A DNA stretch of 64,000 bases. It comes from Amoebidium appalachense. Lineage: Eukaryota > Protista > Ichthyosporea. The position numbers were made by a program, and so were the translations under genes. Each line of letters starts with the position of its first letter. Within the stretch, counting starts at the first letter, position 1. The stretch covers positions 6,448,001 to 6,512,000 of the forward strand of contig CAVNZM010000014.1 in assembly GCA_963693365.1 (NCBI GenBank). Reading direction: 5' to 3'. Positions 12,912 through 44,210 of the stretch are shown piece after piece. The notes beneath the pieces are model-generated. The model had not been told where the DNA came from. It was given only the letters and a program-made list of their open reading frames with translations, and searched no databases.

Positions 12912-12950
12912 GCACGCACGCACGCACACACAAAAACACACACACACACA

Positions 12951-12982
<32 letters not shown>

Positions 12983-13072
12983 AAACACACACACACACAC
13001 ACACACACGAACACACACGCACAAGCACACGCACACACGCACATACGCACACACACACACACACATGAATAG

Positions 13073-14329
13073 ATCGGTACGTACACTGGCACAAAAATAA
13101 TTCAATCGCACCTTTTGCACAGAGTACCGTAACTGCCATCATCAATGACACGATCGCGACAGTGCCTGCCTACAACGGCACAGCATGCTGGTATAGCGAC
13201 AAATCATGCAGGTCTCTCATAACAGGGAGTGCGCGTGACTCATGCCGCCAAGTAAACTTCACCGAAAAATGGAATTCATTCCCATTCCCCTTCGACCCCG
13301 AACACGACGGTGGTTTGTTCAACTTTGCCTTCATGTCCATCAGGAGTGATGACCGGTCGGGTGTGGGTTACAACTTCACCTACGTTGACGGTGACTACCG
13401 TACTGCTGACAAACAGCCGGAGAAACCCACTACGGTATGTAAAGAGTCTATACAATACATAGTGAAGCCAAAAAACTGAAAGAAATATCCGATACTAAAT
13501 ATACTGAAATATATCATCATGATTATTATGGCATATGTGCCACCAGGCTGGCCTCGAAACGGTTACAACAACAAATCACTCCAGGCCCGCAGTAAGATGG
13601 TTCTGACTGTGATCATGGCTAGCGTTCAGAAAACCGAGTCGTGAGTAGGAAAACATATTTAACTTCTATAGCTAGTAGCTTAAATAGGCCTAGTACGTCT
13701 GTGCTGCACAATTCTTTTAAAGAACTTCAGATGATATTCCTGAAACACACACCGGTACCGAGTTACGTACTCACTTCGGAGCATTCATGGTCATTTACAA
13801 GGACGACGGCACAAATCCAGTGTCCTAACCGATGGTGTGGGGGGGTGGGCGGCAGGAAGGGAGCAGGTCGGATTCTCGGGGGAGGGGCCGGGGGAGGGGG
13901 GAGGGGTTGGGGTGAAGTGGGGGGTGGGCGGGGGAGAGGGGGGGAGGGGGGCGAAGGCCCTTAGGGGGAGGGGCTATGGGGAGAGGGATAGGCCCGGGGG
14001 GTATACGCAGATTGTAGCAAATATAAAAGGTTCCAGAGATACATGATGTAGCAAATACCTAATTTGGATGTGCCGTTGTAGCAATTACCTAATTTGGATG
14101 TGCCGTTGTAGCAATAACCTAATTTGGATGTGCCCCTTTGCAGGCAAGGGCATACGGTGTTATGGACGAGTGTCTTATCGTCGAGCCCGAGTGGAAGTAC
14201 CGGCAACGCGCAGTGAGGGTGTTTTCCTATGGCTCCCCCAACACTCCAAGTGCCGCAGCAAGGACCAATTGGATTAGTCCGTTAAAAGCAGTGATTGGCA
14301 TTATGCTTCTGGCTGCTGTCATTGCATGA
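13073..14329 (+). CDS. 3' part of a probable GPI-anchored or surface glycoprotein (exons 13073 or 13123 to 13434, and 14144-14329)
   Basis: Open exon with N-glycosylation sequons (NNS, NDT, NGT, NFT x2) and Cys, gtatgt donor at 13435, tttgcag acceptor at 14143 in phase 0, ending SAAARTNWISPLKAVIGIMLLAAVIA-stop (hydrophobic C-terminus). Upstream exons unresolved. Confidence 0.65.
14047..14134 (+). repeat. 30-bp tandem repeat x3 covering the branch point of the last intron
   Basis: tgtagcaa(a/t)(t/a)acctaatttggatgtgcc units start at 14047, 14077 and 14107. Confidence 0.9.
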
Positions 14330-15087
14330 TTAAAATTTTGCAAAAGCCTGGTAGCGTGCTCTGTGTAGGCTGCTGCAGGCACTGCCAGCGCTGCGCAGGT
14401 TCCTTACTTGTTCTAAGTTTTAAAAAAAATTGGTGGTTATAATCTTTTTTTATTGATTGCCTTGTTCTCCCAACTCCCAATGCACTGCGGCAAGTTTGGC
14501 GGGTATCTTGGGCTAGCAACGTATCATATATCTCAGGCGCTAGCGCTCACAGATGTATCAAGTTATAAATATTTAAATTTAGTAATGACAACCCTATACT
14601 CTGTACTGTATGAATCAGATGTGCCCATATACTAGGCATTGTCGACGACCCGATTTAAGATGAGCGATCTGTTCATACGGTCCGTATAGATGTTCTATAT
14701 TCTTGCAAGATATACATTGATGTTTTTATAAGTTAAAAAAAGTACGAATCAGCTGCAGTACTTTTTTTTTTTTTTTTTTTTTGTGAAGTACCGTATGGGG
14801 GGGGGGGGGGGGGGGGGGGGGGGGAGGGGGCTCGGGCGGGGGGGAGGAGACACATGTTATTGATCACGATTGTGGGCACGTGCATGTGACGTTATGCGTC
14901 GCGAAGTGGGTGCACACATGTACATGCATATGTCGCGCACATCGACGTGCAACAGCTTCAACGTATACGATGTGGTGTCATTGTATGCTCTAATATGACA
15001 TGCAGGCAATGTCATGTGAGTGCATGGGGAAGGAAGGAACGGGGGAAAATGGGGGTGCGTGTTGGGGTACCGGTACTCGGTGGTGGC

Positions 15088-15123
<36 letters not shown>

Positions 15124-15177
15124 GTTTGGTGGTGGTGGTGGTGGTGGTGTGGTGGTGGTGGTGGTGGTGGTGGTGGT

Positions 15178-15214
<37 letters not shown>

Positions 15215-16255
15215 TATTTGGGTTTGTGATGTTTTTTTGCGGAGGTCGACGTGCATGGTTTTGTGATAAACGTAAACAGTACACGTGTCCCTCGAGGAGC
15301 CTCATTCGGCATACAAGTTTTCTGGGTGCGCGCGGTGTGCTCAAAAGGTGGCGCGGGCACCAACCGTGGCAAAGGGTGGTTGAAAGCGTACATGTTTGGA
15401 AGCCCTAAAGGCCAGAACTGGCTACAAAAAAAGCTTGTGTGCTTAGTTATGTTATCATTTTGCGATGCCAAGAACAAAAATCATCGCCAATAGTGATTTG
15501 ATAGGTCCAAAATAGTGCCCTGATATAATGCCGATAAAATCGAGCGGATTGTAACCAATCAAATCTTCAACGGAAATTGCCCCCGCTCATTCTAATAAGG
15601 TGTTGCACTGATAATGGCCAAATCAAAACGCCTTAATTTTATTTACATAGGTTGTGATTGGCGACGCCGTCGTGTCGCTGACTGTACTAAGTCAAATTTC
15701 TATATTTGGCCAATCAGTCAGATTGCGCACGAATGATTGGTTGAAGCAATTTTTTTAAAGATTGCGATATTCCTTGCTTTTTTTATTGTTTTATCGTCAT
15801 GAAGTGGGGCACAGCTGCTTGGCAGAGCCGAATTTTCGAAACCCAGTGTAGTCAATAGCTGAAAGTTTATTTTTCTTTTTTGATATGAAAATTGATATAC
15901 ACAGCATGGCCGTGAACCTTAGTCATCAAGAAAGTAAAACGAAATCAATGGAATGCAAAATACAATGGTACGATTGGCTGCACCAATCAAATACTTTTGC
16001 ACTGCTCCGGGCAGCATATGAGATCACAAAAAGGACAATTATGAGCGGAAAACGCAACATCCGTGGAGCACGAAAAAGACTGAAAAGAAACACAAACCAT
16101 ATGATACCAAGAAAGATACCTTATTCTACAGGAACACCTTATTTGTCAAACACGACAGAAAAAAGGCATCCACACATTCCACATATCCATCCATCCATCC
16201 ACCTCCACCAACCAAACCCATCCATTAAGATTTAACCACCAATCACGTAGCGCCA

Positions 16256-29576
<13,321 letters not shown>

Positions 29577-30570
29577 TTTCGAAGGTTCTGCAAAGCATGA
29601 AACTACATCAGAGAGTGGCATATGTATGAATAAGAGGGGGCAGGGGACGGGGGGAGGGAGGGGGGTGGGCTGGGGAGTCCGGGGGGCCGGGGGGGGGGGG
29701 GGGGGGGGGGGGGGCTGTGTAGTTGGTTTCTTCTCCAGTTAACATACGAAGAAGAAACACGTTGAAGTGAGAAGAGACGGTTAAAGAGGGAGAAAGAAAA
29801 GGAAAGGAGGGCCTAATCACGAGTAAGAGCATAGATAAAGAGGGGAGGACGGAATGAAACGAGGAGCGCCAGGGGAAAAGTCCAAACAGCCTTGTGTGCT
29901 TCAAAAAGGCAAAGACTGGCCATGGTATGAAACTTGTGAAGCAACACGCAGACAAGAACAAGACAAAGGGAACGCACGACAGATCAATGACATCAAGTGA
30001 GCGACACATCAGAAATAAAAGAAAATCAAGCAGAAGGGTGGGGTGAGGTGAGGTGATGCATGGGAACGAGAGGAGACGAGGAGGGAGGGGGTAGCGTTAG
30101 GAGCCCAGTGCACTTGAGGAAAAAGGATAAAGTAACGTAAGGTCTAGGTGGTGAGGTTGGCTTCCATAGACAACAACCCTGAAAAAAATGTGCACGTTTC
30201 TAGGTGAATGCCAGCTTGATTCCTTTTTATGCCTAGTTGGATCCACGCGATTTATTACGTAAAACTTGGTTCCAAGTCTGAGGTACCACGTGGGTACACG
30301 AAATATGACCCAAACTACAGCAAGTACTATTCCCTAGAAACAAAAATAGATAAAGGCAGGGCTATCAAAAAATTGTTTACTAGTACCTTTTCTCCCGTCC
30401 TATTTCTGTGTTTTTCTTTAAAAATCACCCTTCGAGAGATTGATTCTAAAGAGAAAAACGAAAATCGGGTCCCGAGCGAGTTGAATTGTGAACTCAGTGT
30501 GCTGACTTGGCACGTTTTCATTGCGCGGATGAAAACAGACCGGCACTTCGGACTCCAGCGCCAACTGTTT

Positions 30571-30606
30571 TGATTGGCTGAACTCAATTGGTACTTTCCC
30601 GATTGG
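30571..30606 (-). promoter_or_regulatory. Triple CCAAT cluster, probable Hsp110 promoter
   Basis: Three ATTGG motifs within 36 bp, about 1 kb upstream of the ATG; a tttgcag acceptor just before the ATG implies a 5'UTR intron. Confidence 0.5.
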
Positions 30607-31133
30607 TCTCCACAGGTGGACTCGCCCGTCGCAAAAGCGAGTGCTGAAGTGTTACAGTAGCAGCGGAGAGTGTGGATTCTCTTTTGAAGCCAGTTTATTT
30701 TTTCTTTCGCTGGGTTTTTATCCTGTTGCCTGATTAAATCATGGGAAACTCGACGCACACACACAGGCTAAGCTGGGGAAGAGTGTTACGTACAAAAAAT
30801 AGGCGCAGAAAGGCTCGCGCAGCCGCTGTGCGAATGCGCGCGCGCATGCTTTACTGAACGATGCATCAAGTTGGCATCACATCTGCACGTATACAGTACC
30901 GATACAGTACATACCGTACGTGCAATCTCACCATATATATACCATGCGAGATTGAAGTGCAATTGAACAGGTATTATAAATGATGAAAATGTGGATACAA
31001 GTGACTATTCGTATAAGGCTTTCCCTTCAATACAATGCTGGGCGTGAGTTGAAATTTTAAACGTTTGTATTGGGTAAAACTCATCTGTTTGCTTTGCCTC
31101 TACCGCACATGGGGCTGGTAGCTGATAGAGGAG

Positions 31134-31187
31134 CCAATCAGATTTCATATTCTCTTGGACCAATCACATCAAAGGCTCGCTATATAA
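31134..31187 (+). promoter_or_regulatory. CCAAT-CCAAT-TATA promoter signature divergent from Hsp110
   Basis: CCAATCA at 31134 and 31160, TATATAA at 31181. Confidence 0.5.
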
Positions 31188-31742
31188 GGCTAATTTTGAC
31201 AGTCTGTGACGCAAGCAGTCTTCGAAAAAAAACACCAAAACCAGTCTTCGAAGATCCGGGAAAATTCACTATATTTCTCCTGCTGTACGTATGGATACCA
31301 CCCTCGTAGATAAGTCTGTATGGTGCTCTGATGTTGATATTGCCTGGGAAGTTGTGCAGTGGCGTTGTAATTTTTGTTTCCATCGCCGCTGGTGCCACTT
31401 TGTGCTGAACTTTTAATTGCAAGCATATTGATAGGTGTGAGTTTTTATGTCGCGTTTTACCTCTTTCCCTACGGGTGTCTGCTACACTGGCTGGCAATGT
31501 GACCACTTTAGACTTTTTGTTGAATTCTGTTGGTCGTCACATTGAGTATTTATATGATTTTCACACAGTGTTCAGGCATCTCAGTATGCACTTGTTACTG
31601 GATAACTCGTGAAGTTTTTAACGGTCTTCTCAGTATGCCCTGCATACTTGCATATCTTTCCGTCGAATAAATCCAGTCAAAAGAAAAAAGAAAAAAAAAA
31701 TCACTCTCTCCCTCCCTCCCTCCCCTTTCTCAAGCTCTCTCG

Positions 31743-31773
<31 letters not shown>

Positions 31774-32579
31774 CCTTCCCCACACCAACACACACACACA
31801 CCACTCTCCACCCCCTCTGAGCTCCCCTCAACACACACATACACACACCATGATATGCACCGCCGTGCCACCGTACGAGGTGTACATGTGTTGACTACGA
31901 TATAGGACCCCACCACCAACATCACCACGGTTGTCGTTGTTGACCAACACCACCACCATCACCGCCTTACATACCCGGCAACAAACGTGCAAACATCATG
32001 CATAGCAACCCCTTCAACTCAGAGGCTATCTATGCCCTCTGTAGGGTACTTGATATGTGTACATACGTTGGTTATAACTAAAAATTCGCAGAGAATTAAG
32101 TCTGGCTCACATGCAGGGTGTACACGCGTATACGGTATTCCAAAGCTTACACTTTGGATTTATACTAAATAATGTTTGTGCTCAAAGGCTTAGGTGCAGC
32201 ATACCCACAAACCACAATGTGACAGCTGTATACCGTTCCATTCATAACGCATCACGTAGTAAACATGACGCGCATCTTTGGATTCAAAGTCGTATCAACA
32301 AACACATACACTACCTTAACATGTAACATGTAACACCGTTGATGAACTAGCCTGGTTCAAATCTTAACTTACACGGTTCGAGGGGAGGGACAACACTTTC
32401 AAAAACACAAAAATCTACCTTTAAAAAGAAGAGGATATAGAACCCCCCCACCCATATCCTCCTTGCGTGTCGAAAAACGGTGAAGATGCATCAGGCCCCA
32501 ATGATGCACCAAATGCTGTCGTTTCTTTTTCTTTTCCTTTTCTTTCTTTTCGTTTCTTTTATTTTTCTTTTTTTTTTTT

Positions 32580-32610
<31 letters not shown>

Positions 32611-32864
32611 GGGGGGGCTTTCACTCAGAGCCATGTACAGATTCACTATATACATGGGAACTCCCGGTCTTCCACGAATAATGTCAAACATTTCTCTAAG
32701 AGGTGAACTTCAAGCAGAAACGGGTTCGAATTCCTCAGTACATGCACTGCGTTTCACACGTACCCCATTAAGTGCAACGTCTGCAAACACAATTCGCCTG
32801 AAGACCTCCCCCCATGATCTCGCTGCCACGCTCACTCAACTCCTGTGATGATTTCATTAGTCAT

Positions 32865-32898
<34 letters not shown>

Positions 32899-32932
32899 CC
32901 TCCCCTCCCTCCCTCCCCAACACGCACACACA

Positions 32933-33001
<69 letters not shown>

Positions 33002-33871
33002 TCACTCATTCACACATAGACACACCGCCCAACCCACCCAGCCGCTACCACCACCACCAGAACACGTACAAAAAGAGAAGGGGGAGGGGGGGGGGGGGGG
33101 GGAGGGTTCTCTCTCTCTCCCTCCCTCCCTCCCTCCCTCCCTCCCTCCCTCTCTCTCAGGGGGGGGGGTATGTGCTCTCTCCCTCTCTCTCCCCCTCCAT
33201 CCCTCCCTCTCTCTCTCTCTCTCAAGAGGGGGGGGGGGGGGGAGGGAGGGGGGATTCTCTCTCACTCTCTCCCTCTCCCTCCCTCCCTCCCTCCCTCCCT
33301 CCCTCTCTCTCTCTGTGCCTCTCCTCTCATCTCTCTCTCTCTCTCCCCCCCCCCTCTCTCTCCCAACCCCCTCTCCCTCTCACTCTCCCTCTCTCTCTCC
33401 CTCCCTTGCTATCTCTGCATGTGTGAGTCTTTATCACTCTGAATCACCTGTGGGTGTGCACACCCGCACTCGTCTGTACTTGTATACATGTCCGTCTGCA
33501 TATAGGTACCCCATGTGCATTGTTCATGTTGATTAACATGTGTGGGCGAGCGTAGACGCTACTTGCTTTGGTGAATCACTTTCGGCTTTCATTTTCCTTC
33601 TCCTCTCTCCAAACTCTGTGTATGTTTTCCTTCTTCTTCTTCTCCTCCTCCTCCTCCTCCTCCTCCTCCTCCTCCTCTTCTTCTTCTTCTTCTTCTTCTT
33701 CTTCTTCTTCTTTTCTTCCTCTTTGGGGAGGGGGGAGGGGGGGAGGGGGGAGGGGGGGGGGGGGGGGGGGGGAGATGCACTATACAGTACGAAATACAGG
33801 CTTACCATACAGGCGTAAAAAATAAAAAAAAACAGCATGCTGAAAATTGAAGAGGTGGGTGGTGAGGTGCG

Positions 33872-33906
<35 letters not shown>

Positions 33907-33917
33907 GTTGAGCTCAC

Positions 33918-39505
<5,588 letters not shown>

Positions 39506-40174
39506 GGCCACTCTAAGGACAAACTGTACCAAGATCTAAGTATGTTGAAATGTATCCCGGGGAAATGTGCTAAAAATGACTTTATGCTGTAGAATATCGG
39601 GGTGGAAAAGCGATTTTTCTGAGAACCAGCTGCTGCTGCGCCTATTCCTTCACTTTCGAAAAAGCGCACAAAGAAAAAGAAAGGAAGGAAGAAAGAAAGA
39701 AAGTAGGCCTCGAGAAAGAAAAGAAAAAAAAAAAAGAGCCAAATAAAAAAAAACCCCCCTGCACCGGGAGAGAGATTGTGCCACGGTTTTTCAGTGTGAC
39801 TTGGATTGAATGGAACCTCTCTAAGGGAAGCTCGAGAATTTCCCTCTGAGAACCTCGTCAATCGAGAGAGCAATCTAAGGAGGTCAACAGGGTGAGTTGG
39901 ATCTCCTGGGATTTGCGACAACTTGGAAAAATGAAAGCAGCTACCAGAAGGGAAACCAACCATTTATTTGTTTGAATAAAAATGTACGCATAAAATTATT
40001 ATTACTTTCAAAAGAAACCACTCGGCCCAAAAAAAAAAAGAAGAAGAACAAAGAATGAAAAACACGAAGAGTTACTTCGCGGAAGTTGTCACAAGTTGTG
40101 ACAGTCAAAACTTTGTTGATCGACCTGAATCCCCTCTGAGGCTCTCCCTGGAATTTTAAATTCTTCATTTATTC

Positions 40175-40343
40175 GATTGGCCATTGAGTTATCCGCAGTT
40201 AGTCAGCAACTGTTCATTGGCTGAAATCTCACCACGCTAATGACGTTAATGACAAGTTACGTTCCAGTCTCCCGTGCTCGTGTGTCTGTTGTAAAAGCGA
40301 GCCTGCGCTCTCTCTCTTTTCCTTTCCCCTCTCGACAGTCACC
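40175..40343 (+). promoter_or_regulatory. RPL7 promoter and pyrimidine-rich (TOP-like) leader in the divergent MARCH5/RPL7 intergenic region
   Basis: Two ATTGG motifs, a CRE-like TGACGTTA, and the pyrimidine run ctctctctcttttcctttcccctctc at about 40308-40333 just before accATG. Confidence 0.6.
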
Positions 40344-43300
40344 ATGGTTGAGTACGTTTCCTCAGCCCACCCATACGTTCCAAAAACGAATCTAGCAGCG
40401 GAGGGAACGGGGAAGGGAGATGCTGCAAGATGGGAGTGGATGTATTTTTTCCGAACTCGAAGCGATAACCTAGAACGAGAGGGTAGATGGGCGTTATAGG
40501 AGTTGGAACAGGAGGGTGTAAGAAAGGAGAGAGCTTACACAGGGATCCGTGGCTTATCGGCGGCTATCCGGATGAATCCGACACTATTCGAGGTGCACAG
40601 AGACATCTATCTACTTTTTCACAGCTCGTTAGTCGACATATGTTTGTGGCCGGTAGTAATCTTCCGGTTAGAGGCAGGGTATGCCCTGTAATTTTCAGCC
40701 ATCCTCGAGGGCGGATGCATCGATCATCTCATCGGCCGACTTTCCTTGGGTGCTGTGGGTTTTAATTGTATTGCATGGGAGCACTTTTTTTGTGACACCA
40801 ATGCCGTGAGCAAACATCATTCAGCAACACGAATCCTACAGCTATATTTATATACCATAATATATGTAGTCTAGTTGCAGGCCGAAGCATGGTCCTAATT
40901 CGTATGCCCGTGCAGGAAGGTGCCAGCAGTCCCCGCCACTCTGCAGAAGAAGCAGAAGGCGCAGGCCGCCCAGGCCGCCAAGCGCGCCACTGCTCTCGCA
41001 GAGGCCAAGAAGGTGTGTACGTGTGTGTTGGTGTTTCCCTTGCAGGTTTTTCAGGTTCCTGGAGATTCTTCAAAGCGGTCGTGGAACGGGTATGCATGAG
41101 ACGGCGCAGCACGTAGTTGCAGCGGTTGCAGTTCCCCAGATCAGTGCCTTCGGTCGAGATTCATGTTTCGATGTGGAATGTTTTTTTTGGCAGTTCGGCT
41201 TTGTTCTGATTTCGTTTGCCCTCCACCCAACACAAAAACTATACGGGACGTTTGGGTAGCACACACGGCAGTCATCACAAATAATTCTGCTCTAAAGATT
41301 TTTAAACGGTACGTCGGCTACTGCAGAATGGCTGGAATTTTTTGCCTTTTTGGGTGGAGTTTATTTATTTGCCGTAATCGACGACAATCAAGACACGAAC
41401 AAGTGGCTGCTACACTGGTTTCGAGTCCAAGCATCGATCACAACATAGTTTTCCAGAATATAGCCTTTCTTTACATGTGCATTTCGTCGACAGTTTTAAT
41501 GATCTGGACAGCATTGAAGTCACACTTGTTCACCTGTTGCCGATGAAGGCCTGCTTGAGCATCATGCTATTGTTTTTTGGGTGTTCAGCTTTGGTTGCAG
41601 TTCATACTGATGAGAGTGGCTGCACTCTTACTGTTGTGTTGGTGTGGAACTGTGCGTGCACATGCGAGGCTAGGTGACGGGTGGTTGTAAGGTTCATGGG
41701 CACGTATTTTCCTGGCAGTTTCTGAGGGGAGGGAGTCGGGAATGAACTTCGTGGTTGCACGTTGCTTGGCAGGTTAGCTTGGGTACCTGGAAGCAAGTCT
41801 CGTGTTATTCTTTATACCTCTGCTTGGTTGGTTGTTTCGTTCTCTGTATGAACCACAGCCATGTTTTATTCCTTCGGATTCATGGTTTTGAATTTTTTCC
41901 TACGGACACAAACCTGTGGCTTTTTTCGGGTTGCTGCCGCTGCAATGAACCCGCAACCTATCTTCTCCCACCTCCTGCTGGTGTAAAAACGAAGTGGTGG
42001 CTATACATTCTATGCCTTTGGAATACTTTGGGCCTCCTCAAACATTAGGATTCTGTATGGTCTTCGCAAAATCTGCATGGTACTTGTCGATCGTTTATGT
42101 GTACTTGGTACACGGTAACACATTATGAACCCTCTTCCCCCACCCTCCCTGACCGCCCATAGATAGGAACAGACGTTTGGCACACCATAGTTACCACACT
42201 TGTTCGGTGTTGACCGCCCATAGATAAGAACAAAGATTGATGCACTAAACTTAATACACATGTGTGGTCGCTCTGACCTCGGTGTTGATGTTTCACGCAG
42301 GCGAACAAGGTGAAGCGCCGCGTGATCTTCAACAAGGCCAAGACCTACGCCAAGGAGTATGCCGCCAAGGAGCGCTCCGAGGTGCGCCTGCGCCGCCTGT
42401 CCAAGGCGTCCGGCAGCTTCTACGTGCCTGCCGAGGCCAAGCTCGCCTTTGTTGTGCGCATCCGCGGTATTAACGGGGTCAACCCCAAGACTAAGAAGAT
42501 CCTGCAGCTGCTGCGTCTGCGCCAGATCCACAACGGTGTGTTCGTGAAGCTGAACAAGGCCTCCATCAACCTGCTCCGCCGGGTACGTGTGTGTGTGTGT
42601 GCGTGCATGTTTGGGTGGGTGGGTTTATGTGTGGGGTGTGAATAGGTAGGTGCGTGCAGGCATGGTGGGTGTGGTTGGGTGCGTCGGCGTGTGAGTGTAT
42701 GTCAGCAGGTGAGGGTGGGTGTGGGGATGGGTGTGTCGTCTCCTATGTGCAAGTCTGTACGTGAGGATGTGTATATATTTAGGCAGGTGGGGTGGTAGGT
42801 GCTGTTTGTACGGGGGGGGGGGGGGGGGGCTTTGTTAGGGGATTTTGGACGCAAATTTGACGTCGTATTGACATGCCATCGAGGAAACCCGATTTTCATT
42901 ATGCAGGTTACCAGGAGTTGACTAGTCCTCAACTTATCTGCATTTGACGATGTTTTCATTTTATTACAGTGCTACTTACTACTATGATAAAGCCCATTTT
43001 TGGACAGCAACTTTGCATCCGTGCATGCACACACAGGGACACCCGGGCACTATTGTTGCACGAGCACAAACACACGCTCGGTTATGCAAACGCAGACATG
43101 CATCCTAGCACGTGTCTACCTTTAGAGGATTGCACGAGCGCGCACACTTGCACACACCCCTGCCAACGTCGCACACATGTTGCTTGCAGACATACCTGAC
43201 ACAATCCCTCATACACACAGTCATGCGCACACAGGCTTTTTTAAGTACCCCACACGTGCACGCGCGCGCGAATACCCAGAAACGTGCTGGTTCATAAGCT

Positions 43301-44210
43301 TACGCTTTGTGAGCTCACATGCGTACAAATACACATAAACATGTTCTATATAACATGGTTTTTATGTCCTATCTACGCCTTCTGCACACACACGCGCAAC
43401 CATCCCACCCCCTCATGCACGTCGGCTCACACGTGAGTGCGTACATGTGCATGCATACCTACATACGTGCATACATATGTCAACGCATGTGATCTCTCCT
43501 CGGTCCTCTCTCCCTCCCTGCCATCTTTCCTCCTTCGACCGCCTTGCTGTTACACATACGTGCACACACTTGCAGGCATGCTCACCAGCCCCACATGCGC
43601 ACACCAGCAAATCTGCACTCTGCTTTGTATGGTTCGTCTTGAATGTGCACTTTGCTCTGTACTGCATTCCCCCGAGGGTGGGTTCTGCTTATGCTACATA
43701 TCTCACACATTTCTGATGTTGCATACTCGGATGTTGACTGTTTCATTTATCCTGCACTGTGTTTCTCATCGTGTAGTTGTCCGTGCTTCGTATTCGAAAA
43801 CCCCCTGCCTCCCTTTGTTCCTCCCCTCTTTTCTTCACTTTTTTCTGACCGTCCCGTTCGTTCTACAGGTTGAGCCCTACATTGCCTACGGCTACCCCAA
43901 CCTCAAGACTATCCGCGAGCTCGTGTACAAGCGCGGCTACGGCAAGGTCGACAAGAAGCGCACCCGCCTGACAGACAACTCCATCATCGAGGCCGCCCTG
44001 GGCAAGCACGGCATTGTCTGCGTGGAGGACCTCATCCACGAGATTATCACCGTGGGCCCCGCTTTCAAGGAGGCTAACAACTTCCTGTGGCCCTTCAAGC
44101 TGTCTTCCCCCAACGGCGGGTTTGCACGCAAGCGCATTCACTTCATTGAGGGGGGTGACTACGGCAACAGGGAGGACTACATCAACGCCCTGGTGCGCAA
44201 GATGAACTAG
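40344..44210 (+). CDS. RPL7: 60S ribosomal protein L7 (uL30), 4 exons, 242 aa
   Basis: Exons 40344-40351, 40916-41012, 42301-42582, 43869-44210, all GT-AG and in phase; [56 protein letters not shown]. Confidence 0.98.
43674..43784 (+). repeat. Dispersed intronic element, long form (copy H, RPL7 intron 3)
   Basis: gagggtgggttctgcttatgctacatat...ctgatgttgcatactc...cctgcactgtgtttctcatcgtgtagttgtccgt, homologous to copy E. Confidence 0.85.

Noticed and set aside
14047-14134. CRISPR-like appearance of the 30-bp repeats (and of the 46237 array)
   Set aside because: No unique spacers, no cas genes, eukaryotic context.
30400-30500. Heat-shock elements upstream of Hsp110
   Set aside because: Only partial GAA/TTC matches; no three contiguous inverted nGAAn units could be supported.
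41607-41630. Hammerhead-like CTGATGA plus stem II
   Set aside because: The required GAAA after stem II is absent (TTAC instead).
42150-42232. 22-bp direct repeat tgaccgcccatagata(g/a)gaaca, 61 bp apart in RPL7 intron 2
   Set aside because: Two copies with no further structure; likely a simple duplication.
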